Under the pieces are notes generated by a model. That model had not been told where the DNA came from. It ran no database searches and saw only the letters and a list, made by a program, of their open reading frames with translations. Both the position numbers and the translations under genes were made by a program. From Acidimicrobiales bacterium (GTDB lineage Bacteria > Actinomycetota > Acidimicrobiia > Acidimicrobiales > VFJN01), in the NCBI GenBank assembly GCA_035697515.1, contig DASSCS010000101.1:17540-81539 (forward strand): a DNA stretch of 64,000 nt, written 5' to 3'. Below, in pieces: positions 16,704-27,962 of this stretch. Position 1 is the first letter of the stretch. Every line of letters begins with the position of its first letter.

Positions 16704-18083
16704 ATGTCGGCGCACGCCACCACCACCGGGCGTCCCTCCGCCAGGCGGCAGATGTCGCTGGTGGGGTTCATGCAGGCCGGCAACGTCACGGTCTACGCAG
16801 GGTCGTGGCGCCACCCCGCGACCGAGCTCGGCTTCCTCGACGCCGGCTACTACCAGAAGCTCGGTCGCACCCTCGAAGAGGGCTGCTTCGACATGATGTT
16901 CTTCGACGACCGCCTGGCGATGCCCGGCATCCACGCCGGGTCGGTGGCCGACGCGGTGCGCCTGGGGGCGCGGCCGGTGAAGCTCGACCTGAGCATCGTG
17001 CTCAGGGTGATCGCCGGCGCCACCCGCCACATCGGCCTTGGTGCGACGTACTCGACGACCTACTACACCCCCTTCCACGTCGCCCGGACGTTCGCCACCC
17101 TCGACCACCTTTCCGGCGGCCGTGCGGCCTGGAACGTCGTCACGTCCGTGAACGACGGCGAGGCCCAGAACTACGGCGTCGAGCACCACCTCGACCACGA
17201 CGCCCGCTACAGCCGGGCCGACGAGTTCCTCGAGGCCACGACCGGCCTGTGGGACACGTGGGACGACGACGCCCTCGTGCTCGACCGTGCGGCCGGCGTC
17301 TTCGCCGACCCCGACAAGGTCCACCCGCTCGACCACGAGGGCGACTGGTTCCGCGTCCGCGGCCCGCTCACCGTCCCCCGGTCGCCGCAGGGCCGGCCGG
17401 TGCTGCTGCAGGCGGGGTCGTCGGGCCGGGGGCGGGACTTCGCCGCTCGCTGGGCCGAGCTCATCTTCACGGGCGACCCCAACCTCGACGTCGCCCGCTC
17501 GCACTACAAGGACCAGAAGGAGCGCATCGCCGAGGGCGGCCGCGACCCGGAGGCAGTGAGGATGCTGCCGATGGCCTACACCGTCGTCGGTGAGTCGCAG
17601 GCGCACGCCGAGGAGCGCGAGCAGCTCTTCCTGAACGAGCTCGTCGACCCCCAGGCGTCGTTGGCGCTGCTGTCGGAGCTGATGAACTACGACTTCTCCG
17701 GCCTCGGGCTCGACGCACCCATCACCGACGAGCTCGTCGAGTCGGTGTCCGGCATCCGCGGTCTCGTTCAGAACCTCCGCCAGCACATCGGCGGCACCGT
17801 CACGCTCGGCGACCTGGCCGGCCACCGCGCAACCCTTCTGCAGGGCCCCCGGTTCGTCGGGACGGCCCACGACGTCGCCGACCAGATGGACGAGTGGTTC
17901 GAGGGCGACGCCTGCGACGGCTTCGTCATCGCCGCGACACATGTGCCCGGCGCATACGAGGACGTTGTGCGGCTGGTGGTGCCCGAGCTGCAGCGCCGCG
18001 AGCTCTTCCGCACGCGCTACACGGCCACGACGCTGCGCGATCACCTCGGCCTCGAGCGACCGACCGTCGCCCGCCATGGCTGA
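16704..18083 (+). CDS. NtaA/SnaA/DszA-type FMN-dependent monooxygenase
   Basis: 459 aa. FDMMFFDDRLA, GATYSTTYYTPFHVAR, AAWNVVTS and QAGSSGRGRDFAA are typical of the family. Confidence 0.85.
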   Translation: MSAHATTTGRPSARRQMSLVGFMQAGNVTVYAGSWRHPATELGFLDAGYYQKLGRTLEEGCFDMMFFDDRLAMPGIHAGSVADAVRLGARPVKLDLSIVLRVIAGATRHIGLGATYSTTYYTPFHVARTFATLDHLSGGRAAWNVVTSVNDGEAQNYGVEHHLDHDARYSRADEFLEATTGLWDTWDDDALVLDRAAGVFADPDKVHPLDHEGDWFRVRGPLTVPRSPQGRPVLLQAGSSGRGRDFAARWAELIFTGDPNLDVARSHYKDQKERIAEGGRDPEAVRMLPMAYTVVGESQAHAEEREQLFLNELVDPQASLALLSELMNYDFSGLGLDAPITDELVESVSGIRGLVQNLRQHIGGTVTLGDLAGHRATLLQGPRFVGTAHDVADQMDEWFEGDACDGFVIAATHVPGAYEDVVRLVVPELQRRELFRTRYTATTLRDHLGLERPTVARHG

Positions 18084-18758
18084 CGAGCCGAGTCCCGGCC
18101 CGCTGCACGGGCTGCGCGTGGTCGAGGCGGCCACGCTCGCCGCGGGGCCGATGGTGGGGACCGCCCTCGGCGAGTTCGGCGCCGAGGTCATCAAGGTCGA
18201 GCCGCCGGGCGGCGGCGACCCGATGCGCACCTGGGGCAACCGCCGCGACGGCATCGGCCTCGTGTGGAAGAGCGTGAGCCGCAACAAGCGGTGCGTGACG
18301 CTCGATCTGCGCCGGCCCGAGGGGCAGGAGCTGTTCCACCGGCTGCTCGCCGTGAGCGACGTGCTCGTCGTCGGCAACCGGCCCAGCGCGCTCGTGCGTT
18401 GGGGCATCGACTACGAGGCGGTGCACGAGGCGCACCCCCACGTGTGATGCTCCACGTCAGCGGGTACGGGCGGGGCGGGCCCAAGAGCGACCGCCCCGGC
18501 TACGGCACGCTGGCCGAGGCGATGAGCGGGTTCGCCCACGTGACGGGCCAGCCCGACGGGCCGCCCACGTTGCCGCCGTTCATGCTGGCCGACGGCGTCG
18601 CCTCGCTGGCGGCCACCTACGCGGTGATGATGGCCCTCTACCACCGGGACGTGCATGGCGGCGGGGGGCAGCTCGTCGACGTCAGCCTGATCGAGCCCCT
18701 GGCCCGCCTCGTCGAGTCGTCGACGCTCGCCCACGACCAGCTCGGCACCGCCCCGGAA
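18076..18758 (+). pseudogene. family III (CaiB/BaiF) CoA-transferase, frameshifted and 3'-truncated
   Basis: The N-terminal 123 codons end at TGA 18445-18447. The homologous sequence continues (VMLHVSGYGRGGPKSDRPGYGTLAEAMSG...) in another frame from 18444. Similarity stops near 18758, about 230 of an expected 400 aa. Confidence 0.7.
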
Positions 18759-18811
18759 ACTAGCTTCTCGAAATTGGAGAGAGCACGTGTCAGGAAAGGG
18801 CCCGGCGGGCC

Positions 18812-19144
18812 TCAGATCGCGGGCTCGACGACGGCCTCGATGCTGGACGCACCGCTGTCGGGCACCCGCGGCTGCCGCCACACCTCGACCGGGAACGAGA
18901 CGGTCACCAGTGCGCCGAACAGCCACAGCAGGCGCTTGCCGTCGTCGGGCAGCGCGTCCATCCCGAACTGCTCGAGGTACGCCATGGCGGCCTCCACCCG
19001 GGGGAAGGCGGCGTCGTAGAACGCCTGGAGCTCGTCCATCGTGCTGGCCAGGCGCTTCGCGTAGCGCGCCCCCTCGGTCGGGAGCGCCCAGTCCGCGAAC
19101 GGCTCGAGGTCGGCGAAGGCGGAGGGCAGGAGGAGGTCGGGCAT
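18812..19144 (-). CDS. hypothetical 110-aa protein, coupled to the Rieske oxygenase
   Basis: Non-artefactual composition (MPDLLLPSAFADLEPFADWALPTEGARYAKRLASTMDELQAFYD...). It starts 17 nt after the oxygenase stop. Confidence 0.6.
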   Translation of the reverse strand: MPDLLLPSAFADLEPFADWALPTEGARYAKRLASTMDELQAFYDAAFPRVEAAMAYLEQFGMDALPDDGKRLLWLFGALVTVSFPVEVWRQPRVPDSGASSIEAVVEPAI

Positions 19145-19161
19145 GTCGGGGACTTCTCGGT

Positions 19162-20454
19162 TCACGACGCGGCCGAGATCCGGACCGGCGTGGCACCCTG
19201 CCGCTGCCCGTGCTCGCTCACGTAGCGCCGTGCGGTCGCGTGGAGGTGGCGCAGCAGGACCTCCTGGTCGTTCAGAGGGAACTCGGTAACCGCCCGCGAC
19301 TCGAGCATGGTCTGCGTCGCCTCCAGGGTGTTGCCGTCCTGCAGGGCGTACTCCTTGAACGTCACGACGGCGAGCTCCTGCTGCAGCCGCTCGTAGGCGT
19401 TCTTCGGGGGCACGAAGTACAGCGTCCCCTCGAAGACGTGCGTGTTGTACGAGGTCGGCCAGTAGTGGTACGTGAGGTACCAGTTCGGCTTCCAGACGAG
19501 CAGCATGAAGTTCGGGAAGAACACGAACGAATCGATGCCCCAGGCCGGGTGCCGGGCGGGGTTGAGGCCCGGCGGCAGCTCGTCGAGCCCGATGTCGGGC
19601 GCGTCCCACGGGCCGAACAGCCCGCTACACAGCTTCTGCTCGATGGGCTTCACCATGCTCGGGTCCTTGGGCGGCGACATGCCGCCCCACGACGACACCA
19701 TCGAGTGGGGGCCGTCGATGCGGTAGGCCAGCGCCTCGAAGCCGACGCCCTGCAACTTGCGTGACTCGTCGGCCACCGACTGCTTCGCGTGCAGGACGGG
19801 TGCGTGGTAGAATTCGGCGAACGCGTCGATGAACAGCTTCCAGTTGCTGCCGATCTCGGCGCGGTACTTGTGCACCTGGGTCATCCGGTGGAACGGGTAG
19901 CCGGCGATGCCCTCGGCCAGCCCGCCCAGGTAGTCGCGCAGCGGCGTCGTGTCCTCAGTGTCGAGGTTCACGAACACGAACCCCTCCCAGACCTCGCAGC
20001 GCACCGGCGCCAGCCCGAAGTCGGCCTTGTCGAGGTCGAAGAACTCCGACTCCTGCTGCACGAAGGTCAGGGCGCCGTCGAGGCCGTAGCGCCAGCCGTG
20101 GTACTTGCAGGTGAACTGCCGGCAGGTGCCGTTGACCTCCTCACGGGGGTAGTCGCTCCACACCAGCTTGTTGCCGCGGTGGCGGCAGATGTTGTGGAAG
20201 GCGTGCACCTGGCCCTGCATGTCTCGCACGACGACCACCGACGTGCGGGCGGCGTCCAGCTCCTTGGTGAAGTAGCTGCCGTTCCTCGGCAGCTGCTCGA
20301 CGCGACCGACGTTCAGCCACGTCCGGCGGAAGATGGCGTCACGCTCGAGCTCGTAGTGGGCGGGCGAGATCGAGTCCTCGTAGGAGACGGGGCCGGTATC
20401 GATGCCGTGGTGCTCCGTCCACGAGCCCTCGGCCGGCTTCTCGAAGTGCGGCAT
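19162..20454 (-). CDS. Rieske 2Fe-2S aromatic-ring/steroid-type oxygenase alpha subunit
   Basis: CRHRGNKL...CKYHGWRY Rieske motif and a NWKLFIDAFAEFYHAPVLH mononuclear-iron region. No beta subunit gene is adjacent. Confidence 0.9.
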   Translation of the reverse strand: MPHFEKPAEGSWTEHHGIDTGPVSYEDSISPAHYELERDAIFRRTWLNVGRVEQLPRNGSYFTKELDAARTSVVVVRDMQGQVHAFHNICRHRGNKLVWSDYPREEVNGTCRQFTCKYHGWRYGLDGALTFVQQESEFFDLDKADFGLAPVRCEVWEGFVFVNLDTEDTTPLRDYLGGLAEGIAGYPFHRMTQVHKYRAEIGSNWKLFIDAFAEFYHAPVLHAKQSVADESRKLQGVGFEALAYRIDGPHSMVSSWGGMSPPKDPSMVKPIEQKLCSGLFGPWDAPDIGLDELPPGLNPARHPAWGIDSFVFFPNFMLLVWKPNWYLTYHYWPTSYNTHVFEGTLYFVPPKNAYERLQQELAVVTFKEYALQDGNTLEATQTMLESRAVTEFPLNDQEVLLRHLHATARRYVSEHGQRQGATPVRISAAS

Positions 20455-20515
20455 GCGGCGTGGTCCTCCGGTGGGGTCGCATCGATGACAGCACTGATCT
20501 CCGCTGCCGAGAAGC

Positions 20516-21112
20516 CTATTCTCGCAGGAGGTCGTCGTCCAGCTCGACACGGCAGGCCCGCAGGGCCATCGCCAGCAGGTCGTAGGCGCCGACGGTGAAG
20601 ATCAGGTCCAGGAGCTGCTGCTCGTCGAGCTCGCGTGCCAGCGCCTCCCACGTGGCATCGGCGATCGTGGCGTCGCCGAGCAGCTCGTCGACCGCGCGGA
20701 GCATCGCCCGCTCGAGCGGCGACCAGCCGGGCGCACCCGGGCCTTCGGCGATCGCGGTGACCTCGTCGGCGTGGAGGCCGGCATCGCCGGCGAGGACGAC
20801 ATGCTGCCTCCGCTCGTACTCGGCGTCCCGAACCGCGGCGACTCGCAGCACGAGGAGCTCGCGCTGGCGCGCCGACAGCGTCGACGCGAAGAGCACGTGG
20901 GCGTTGAACGTGTGGAAGGCCCGGGCCAACGCCGGATGTCGTGCCAGGGTCCCCAGCACGTTGAGGCCCTTCGGGCGGTCGCCGTCCCGTGCCGGCAGGG
21001 GATGGCGAGGCTCGGGGGGCCGCAGGGCCGCGAGCGCCCCCCGCATCGCCTCCGGCCACTCGGCGGGGGGCAGCGGCCGGATCCGCGGAGCGTCGGGTGA
21101 TCGGCTCGTCAT
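20516..21112 (-). CDS. carboxymuconolactone decarboxylase (AhpD-like) family protein
   Basis: 198 aa. RELLVLRVAAVRDAEYERRQH and IFTVGAYDLLAMAL are typical of the CMD family. Confidence 0.8.
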   Translation of the reverse strand: MTSRSPDAPRIRPLPPAEWPEAMRGALAALRPPEPRHPLPARDGDRPKGLNVLGTLARHPALARAFHTFNAHVLFASTLSARQRELLVLRVAAVRDAEYERRQHVVLAGDAGLHADEVTAIAEGPGAPGWSPLERAMLRAVDELLGDATIADATWEALARELDEQQLLDLIFTVGAYDLLAMALRACRVELDDDLLRE

Positions 21113-21259
21113 CGAAGCGGCACTCTACCGGTCGCAGAACGCCGTTTCCCGCACAGCCGCCGACCGCCGCTGACGGCGATCTGCCGGACGGTGAGGAAGC
21201 CGGCGTCGGAGCAGAGCGGTGTCGATGATCGACGGCGACATGCGAGGATCGACCGCGAC

Positions 21260-21870
21260 ATGAGCACGACCCGCCGTCTCGGCGCCGAGGACTCGGCGAC
21301 CCGCACCGCCCTGCTCGACGCCGCCCAGCACCTCCTCCTCGAGGAGGGCTATGCGGCGGTGACCTCGCGTCGGGTCGCCGCCAGGGCGGGGCTGAAGCCG
21401 CAGCTCGTGCACTACTACTTCCGGACGATGGACGACCTGTTCCTCGCGCTGGTCCGGCGGGGCGCGGAGCAGAACCTCGAGCGCCAGGCCCGTGCGCTCG
21501 CATCGCCGAAGCCGCTGCGGGCCCTGTGGGAGTTCAGCAGCGACCCGGTGGGCACCAGGTTGACGGTCGAGCTCTTCGCCCTGGCCAACCACCGCAAGGC
21601 CCTCCGGGCCGAGCTCGCGGCCTACGCGGAGCGGTTCCGCCGGCTCCAGAGCGACGCGCTGGCCACGGTCCTCGAGGACGCCGGCATCGATCCCGCGGCG
21701 TTCCCGCCCGAGGCCGTGATGGTGCTCGTCACGAGCGTGTCGCGCGTCCTCGTGATGGAGGAGGCGCTCGGCATGACGACCGGCCACGCGGCGATGCGGG
21801 CTCTCGTCGACCGGTGCCTCGCCCGCGTCGAGCGGGACGCGCCTCCCGCGGAGCGCTCAGGTCCCCCCGG

Positions 21871-21874
<4 letters not shown>
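21260..21874 (+). CDS. TetR family transcriptional regulator
   Basis: HTH segment AVTSRRVAARAGLKPQLVHYYFRTMDDLFLALV. Its TAG shares the tetranucleotide CTAG with the stop of the convergent ABC gene. Confidence 0.8.
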
Positions 21875-23801
<1,927 letters not shown>

Positions 23802-23805
<4 letters not shown>

Positions 23806-25538
23806 GCCGCGTCCCCCTCTCGGACCTGCGAGGACACGATCTCGGCGTAGGTCGGGCACGTGGCCAGCAGCTCGGCGTGGGTGCCGAGCCCGACGGGGCG
23901 CCCGTCCTCGAGCACCAGGATCTGGTCGGCTGTGGCGATGGTCGACACCCGCTGGGCGACGACCAGCACCGTGGCGTCGCGCGTCCACGGCCCCAGCCGG
24001 GCCCGCAGGCGGGCGTCGGTGGCGAGGTCGAGCGCCGAGAACGAGTCGTCGAATACGTAGATCTCCGGACGGCGGACGAGCGCCCGGGCGATGGCGAGGC
24101 GCTGGCGCTGGCCGCCCGACACGTTGGTGCCGCCCTGGGCGATCCGGGCGTCGAGCCCACCGGGCATGGCCCGCACGAACTCGGCCGCCTCGGCGACGGT
24201 GAGGGCCTCCCACATCTCGTGCTCGGTGGCGTCGGGCTTGCCGTAGCGCAGGTTGCTGGCCACCGTGCCCGAGAACAGGAAGGGCTTCTGGGGCACCAGG
24301 CCGATGCGGTCCCACAGGTCGTCGGGGGCGAGCTGTCGCAGGTCGACGCCGTCGACCAGCACCCGCCCCTCGGTCGCGTCGATGAGGCGGGCGACGAGGT
24401 TGACGAGCGTGGTCTTGCCGGCGCCGGTGCTGCCGATGACGGCCGTCGTCTCGCCGGCGAGCGACGTGAGCGACACGCCCTGCAACACCGGTTCCTCCGC
24501 GCCGGGGTAGCGGAACCCGACATCGCGCAGCTCGAGCGACGCGGCGCCGGGGGGAACGGGCACAGGGTGCTCGGGGGCCGCCACCGAGGGGAGCGTGTCG
24601 AGCACCTCGACGATGCGCTCGGCGCACACGGCGGCACGGGGCGCCATCAGGGCGACGAACATCGCCATCATCACCGCGATGAGCATGAGGGTGAAGTAGC
24701 TGAGGAAGGCGATCAGCGAGCCGGCGGTCATGTCGCCGCTGTCGATGCGGTTGGCCCCGAACCAGAGCACCCCGACGCTCGACGCGTTGATGATGAACAG
24801 CAGCATCGGGAACATCAGCGCCATCAGCCGCCCCGCGCGCAGCGACACGTCGGTCAGGTCGTCGTTCACCTCGCCGAACCGCTCGACCTCACGGGGCTCG
24901 CGGACGAACGCCCGCACGACGCGGATACCGGTGATCTGCTCGCGCAGCACCGTGTTGGCGCCGTCGATGCGGTCCTGCATGGTGCGGAACAGGGGCACCA
25001 TCCTCCACACGACCGACCCGACGCTCAGCCCGAGGGCCGGCAGGGCGATGACGACGAGCCACGACAGGCCGACGTCCTGCTGCAGGGCCAGGATGCTGCC
25101 GCCGATCACGGTGATGGGGGCCGCGACGGCCAGCGTGCACGCCATGACCACCAGCATCTGCACTTGCTGGACGTCGTTGGTGATGCGGGTGATCAGCGAG
25201 GGCGCCCCGAACTGGTTGACCTCGCGGGCCGAGAAGTCGGTGACCCGGTGGAAGAGGTCGCCGCGCACGTCGCGCCCGAAGCCCATCGCCACCCGGGCGC
25301 TGCAGTAGACGGCGGCCACCGAGAACACGACCTGGATCAGCGTCACGCCAAGCATGACCACTCCGATCGAGCGGATGTAGCCGTTGTCGCCCCGCAGGAC
25401 GCCCCGGTCGATGATGTCGGCGTTGAGCGTGGGCAGGTACAGCGACGCCAGCGCCTGCACCGCCTGCAACACGAGCACCGCGGCGAGCAGGCCCCGGTAG
25501 GGCCGCAGCACGTGGGAGCGGAGCAGGCGGGTCAGCAC
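23802..25538 (-). CDS. ABC exporter, fused permease/ATPase (heterodimer partner 1)
   Basis: 578 aa. Walker A GSTGAGKTT, signature VSGGQRQRL. Confidence 0.9.
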
Positions 25539-25800
25539 GGCTACCTCGGGATCTCGGGGGGAACGGGCCCGGCATCGACGAAACGGTTTGCAGATCGTGC
25601 AACGTCCAGGGGCCCCCGCACCAACTCGGCGGCGGATCCGGTTCCTGCGCGCGAGATGCGGGCCGCCGGCTCCCCCCGCTGCCGACGACGCTGACGAAGC
25701 TCACGCACCGGCAGGGTTGGCCACCCGGGTCGTGGATGAGCGCCAGCGTCCTGCGGTTGCGCACGTGGCGACAGCTGCAGGACGCTGGGATGATCGCTCC

Positions 25801-26619
25801 ATGAGCGAGCGAGTCGTGGGCCCAGTGAGTGATCGCCACCCGTCCGATGACGGCAAGCCCTCGGTGCTGCGGCTCTTCGCGCTCGACGGCCGGGTCGCCC
25901 TGGTCACGGGCGCGTCGTCGGGGCTCGGTGCAGCCGTCGCCCGCACGCTGGCCGCGGCCGGCGCCCGCGTCGCCGTCACGGCCCGACGGCACGAACGCCT
26001 GGCCGCGCTGGCCGACCAGATCGGCGGTGCGGCGGTGGGCTGCGATCTGCTCGACCCTGCGCAGGTCGACGCGCTCGTCCCCAGGGTGGTCGAGGCGCTT
26101 GGCGGCCCCGAGATCCTCGTCAACGCCGCGGGCACGTTCGCCGGCGCCTGCCCTGCCGAGGACGAGCCGGTCGACTCGGTGACGCAGACGCTGAACCTCA
26201 ACCTCGTCGCCCCCCTCCGCCTCTGCCAGGCCGTCTTCCCCCACATGCGGGCGGCCGGCCGGGGGGCGATCGTCAACGTGTCGTCGATCAGCGGGCAGGT
26301 CGGGATCCCGGGCATCCCCCAGGCGTCGTACGCCGCCGCCAAGGCCGGGCTGTCGGGGCTGACCTCCGAGCTGGCCGTGCAGTGGGCCCGCCACGCCATC
26401 CGAGTCAACACGGTCGCCCCGGGGTTCTTCCGGAGCGAGATCACCGAGGGCATGTACGACGACGAGCGCAGCCGCGCCTGGCTCCGCCGCAACACGCCCC
26501 TCCCCAACGACGGGACCGTCGACGACTTCGTGGGCGCGGTCCTCTGGCTCGCCACCGACGCCGGCCGGTTCGTCACCGGCCAGACGATCGTCGTCGACGG
26601 CGGTTGGACGGCGAGGTAG
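25801..26619 (+). CDS. short-chain dehydrogenase/reductase
   Basis: GRVALVTGASSGLG, YAAAKAG, TGQTIVVDGG. Confidence 0.85.
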   Translation: MSERVVGPVSDRHPSDDGKPSVLRLFALDGRVALVTGASSGLGAAVARTLAAAGARVAVTARRHERLAALADQIGGAAVGCDLLDPAQVDALVPRVVEALGGPEILVNAAGTFAGACPAEDEPVDSVTQTLNLNLVAPLRLCQAVFPHMRAAGRGAIVNVSSISGQVGIPGIPQASYAAAKAGLSGLTSELAVQWARHAIRVNTVAPGFFRSEITEGMYDDERSRAWLRRNTPLPNDGTVDDFVGAVLWLATDAGRFVTGQTIVVDGGWTAR

Positions 26620-26820
26620 CAGCCCTGCGAACGGCGCCACCCGGGAGCGGAGGTTGGCAACCAGATTCGGGTACACAGACATTCTCCCTGGCGGAGAGCA
26701 TGGGGCTCGCACAGGGGGGAGGCCATGGCACGCGCGCTGCGAGCACACGTGGACGCGACGACTGGCATTCCCACGCCGCTGATGATGGCGCAGCACCTCC
26801 GCGCGGTCCCGGAGCCATAG

Positions 26821-27960
26821 GTGCGCCGGGTACCGATCCGCATCAAGCTGGCGGTCGCGCTCGCCATCCCGCTGCTCGCCATGGGCCTGGTCACGGTGAT
26901 CGAGGTCGCGAGCGTGGCCCGCGAGGCCCGTGACGTGCGGGACCAGACCGAGCTGGCCACGGCCACGATCGGCCCCAACGGCCTCATCACCGCCCTGCAG
27001 AACGAGCGCAACTGGACCTCGGCGCACCTCGTCGGCGTCGACCAGCAGCTCGACCTCGAGGTCACCGGCTACGACCGCACGCGGGCGGACACCGACGACG
27101 CACGCGCCGAGTTCGAGCTGGAGCTCGACCGCCGTGGCGAGGCGGCGAGCGCGGCCTACGCAGAGGCGCTGGACGGGCTCGCCTCCCTGCGGGACCTCCG
27201 CAGCGAGATCGACACGTACGCCGACGACACCGACCTCAGCCTCGCCAACATCGCGCTCACCACCGGGCTGTTCGATCGGTTCACGGCACTGATCGAGCCC
27301 TTCTTCGGTGGCATGTCCCGGATCTCGATCGCGATGAACGACCCCGAGCTGCGCCAGGGCGCCCTGCTGATGGCGACCGTGACCCGCCAGCTCGAGACGG
27401 TCCCGCAGCTCACCAACGCCCTCGTCCTCCCCGCCAAGGTGCCGGCCGGTGACGGCGACCGGGCCGGGATCGACCGCCCGGCCGAGATCGCCGAGGTCGC
27501 CCACCTGCAGGACATCTTCCGCCGCCTGGCCGACAGGCTGCGGTCGGCGACCGGCCCGTTCGCCGAGATCGCGGCGCAGTACTTCCCCGAGGAGTTCACC
27601 CGGACCCTCGACGAGCAGACCTCTCAGGCCATCGCCACGGGGCAGATCGACGTCGACGTCCTCCTGTCGGGTCTCGAGGCGCCCTCCCCCGACCTGCCCT
27701 ACGTCGGCTACCGCGACCAGGTCGCCACCGCGCTCCAGGACCGGGCGGACGAGCTCAACGCATCGGCGACGAGCCGCCAGGCGCGATTCGCGCTGCTCAT
27801 GGCCGTGACCTTCGCTGCCGCCGTGGCGCTGACCGTGCCGGTGTCGCTGTCGATCACGCGTCCGTTGCGGTCCCTGACGCGGCAGGCCAAGGACATGGCC
27901 GACCATCGGCTGCCCGAGGCGGTCACCGACATCCTCGACACGCCATTGGGCGAGGACTGA
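26821..27960 (+). CDS. CvnA-like (conservon-type) sensor kinase, N-terminal half: TM, NIT-like sensor region, second TM, start of HAMP
   Basis: RIKLAVALAIPLLAMGLV, LITALQNERNWTSAHLVG (NIT-type), ITRPLRSLTRQAKDMA (HAMP). It ends at TGA 27958-27960. Confidence 0.7.
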   Translation: MRRVPIRIKLAVALAIPLLAMGLVTVIEVASVAREARDVRDQTELATATIGPNGLITALQNERNWTSAHLVGVDQQLDLEVTGYDRTRADTDDARAEFELELDRRGEAASAAYAEALDGLASLRDLRSEIDTYADDTDLSLANIALTTGLFDRFTALIEPFFGGMSRISIAMNDPELRQGALLMATVTRQLETVPQLTNALVLPAKVPAGDGDRAGIDRPAEIAEVAHLQDIFRRLADRLRSATGPFAEIAAQYFPEEFTRTLDEQTSQAIATGQIDVDVLLSGLEAPSPDLPYVGYRDQVATALQDRADELNASATSRQARFALLMAVTFAAAVALTVPVSLSITRPLRSLTRQAKDMADHRLPEAVTDILDTPLGED

Positions 27961-27962
27961 GG

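Noticed and set aside
21227-21262. Direct repeat GATCGAC(G/C)GCGACATG occurring twice with 20-bp periodicity, ending on the TetR start codon
   Set aside because: There are only two copies, GC-rich and partly coding. It could be an operator, but there is no supporting symmetry or recurrence elsewhere in the window.
25588-25602. Small palindromes in intergenic regions: TTGCA-N5-TGCAA here, GTGAG-CA-CTCAC at 30768-30779, GTCGACA-N13-TGTCGAC at 63216-63242, and TAGTGAG-N6-CTCTCTA at 29391-29410
   Set aside because: These are plausible operators for neighbouring regulators. However, 5-7 bp arms occur by chance at this scale, and none recurs, so I did not promote them to findings.
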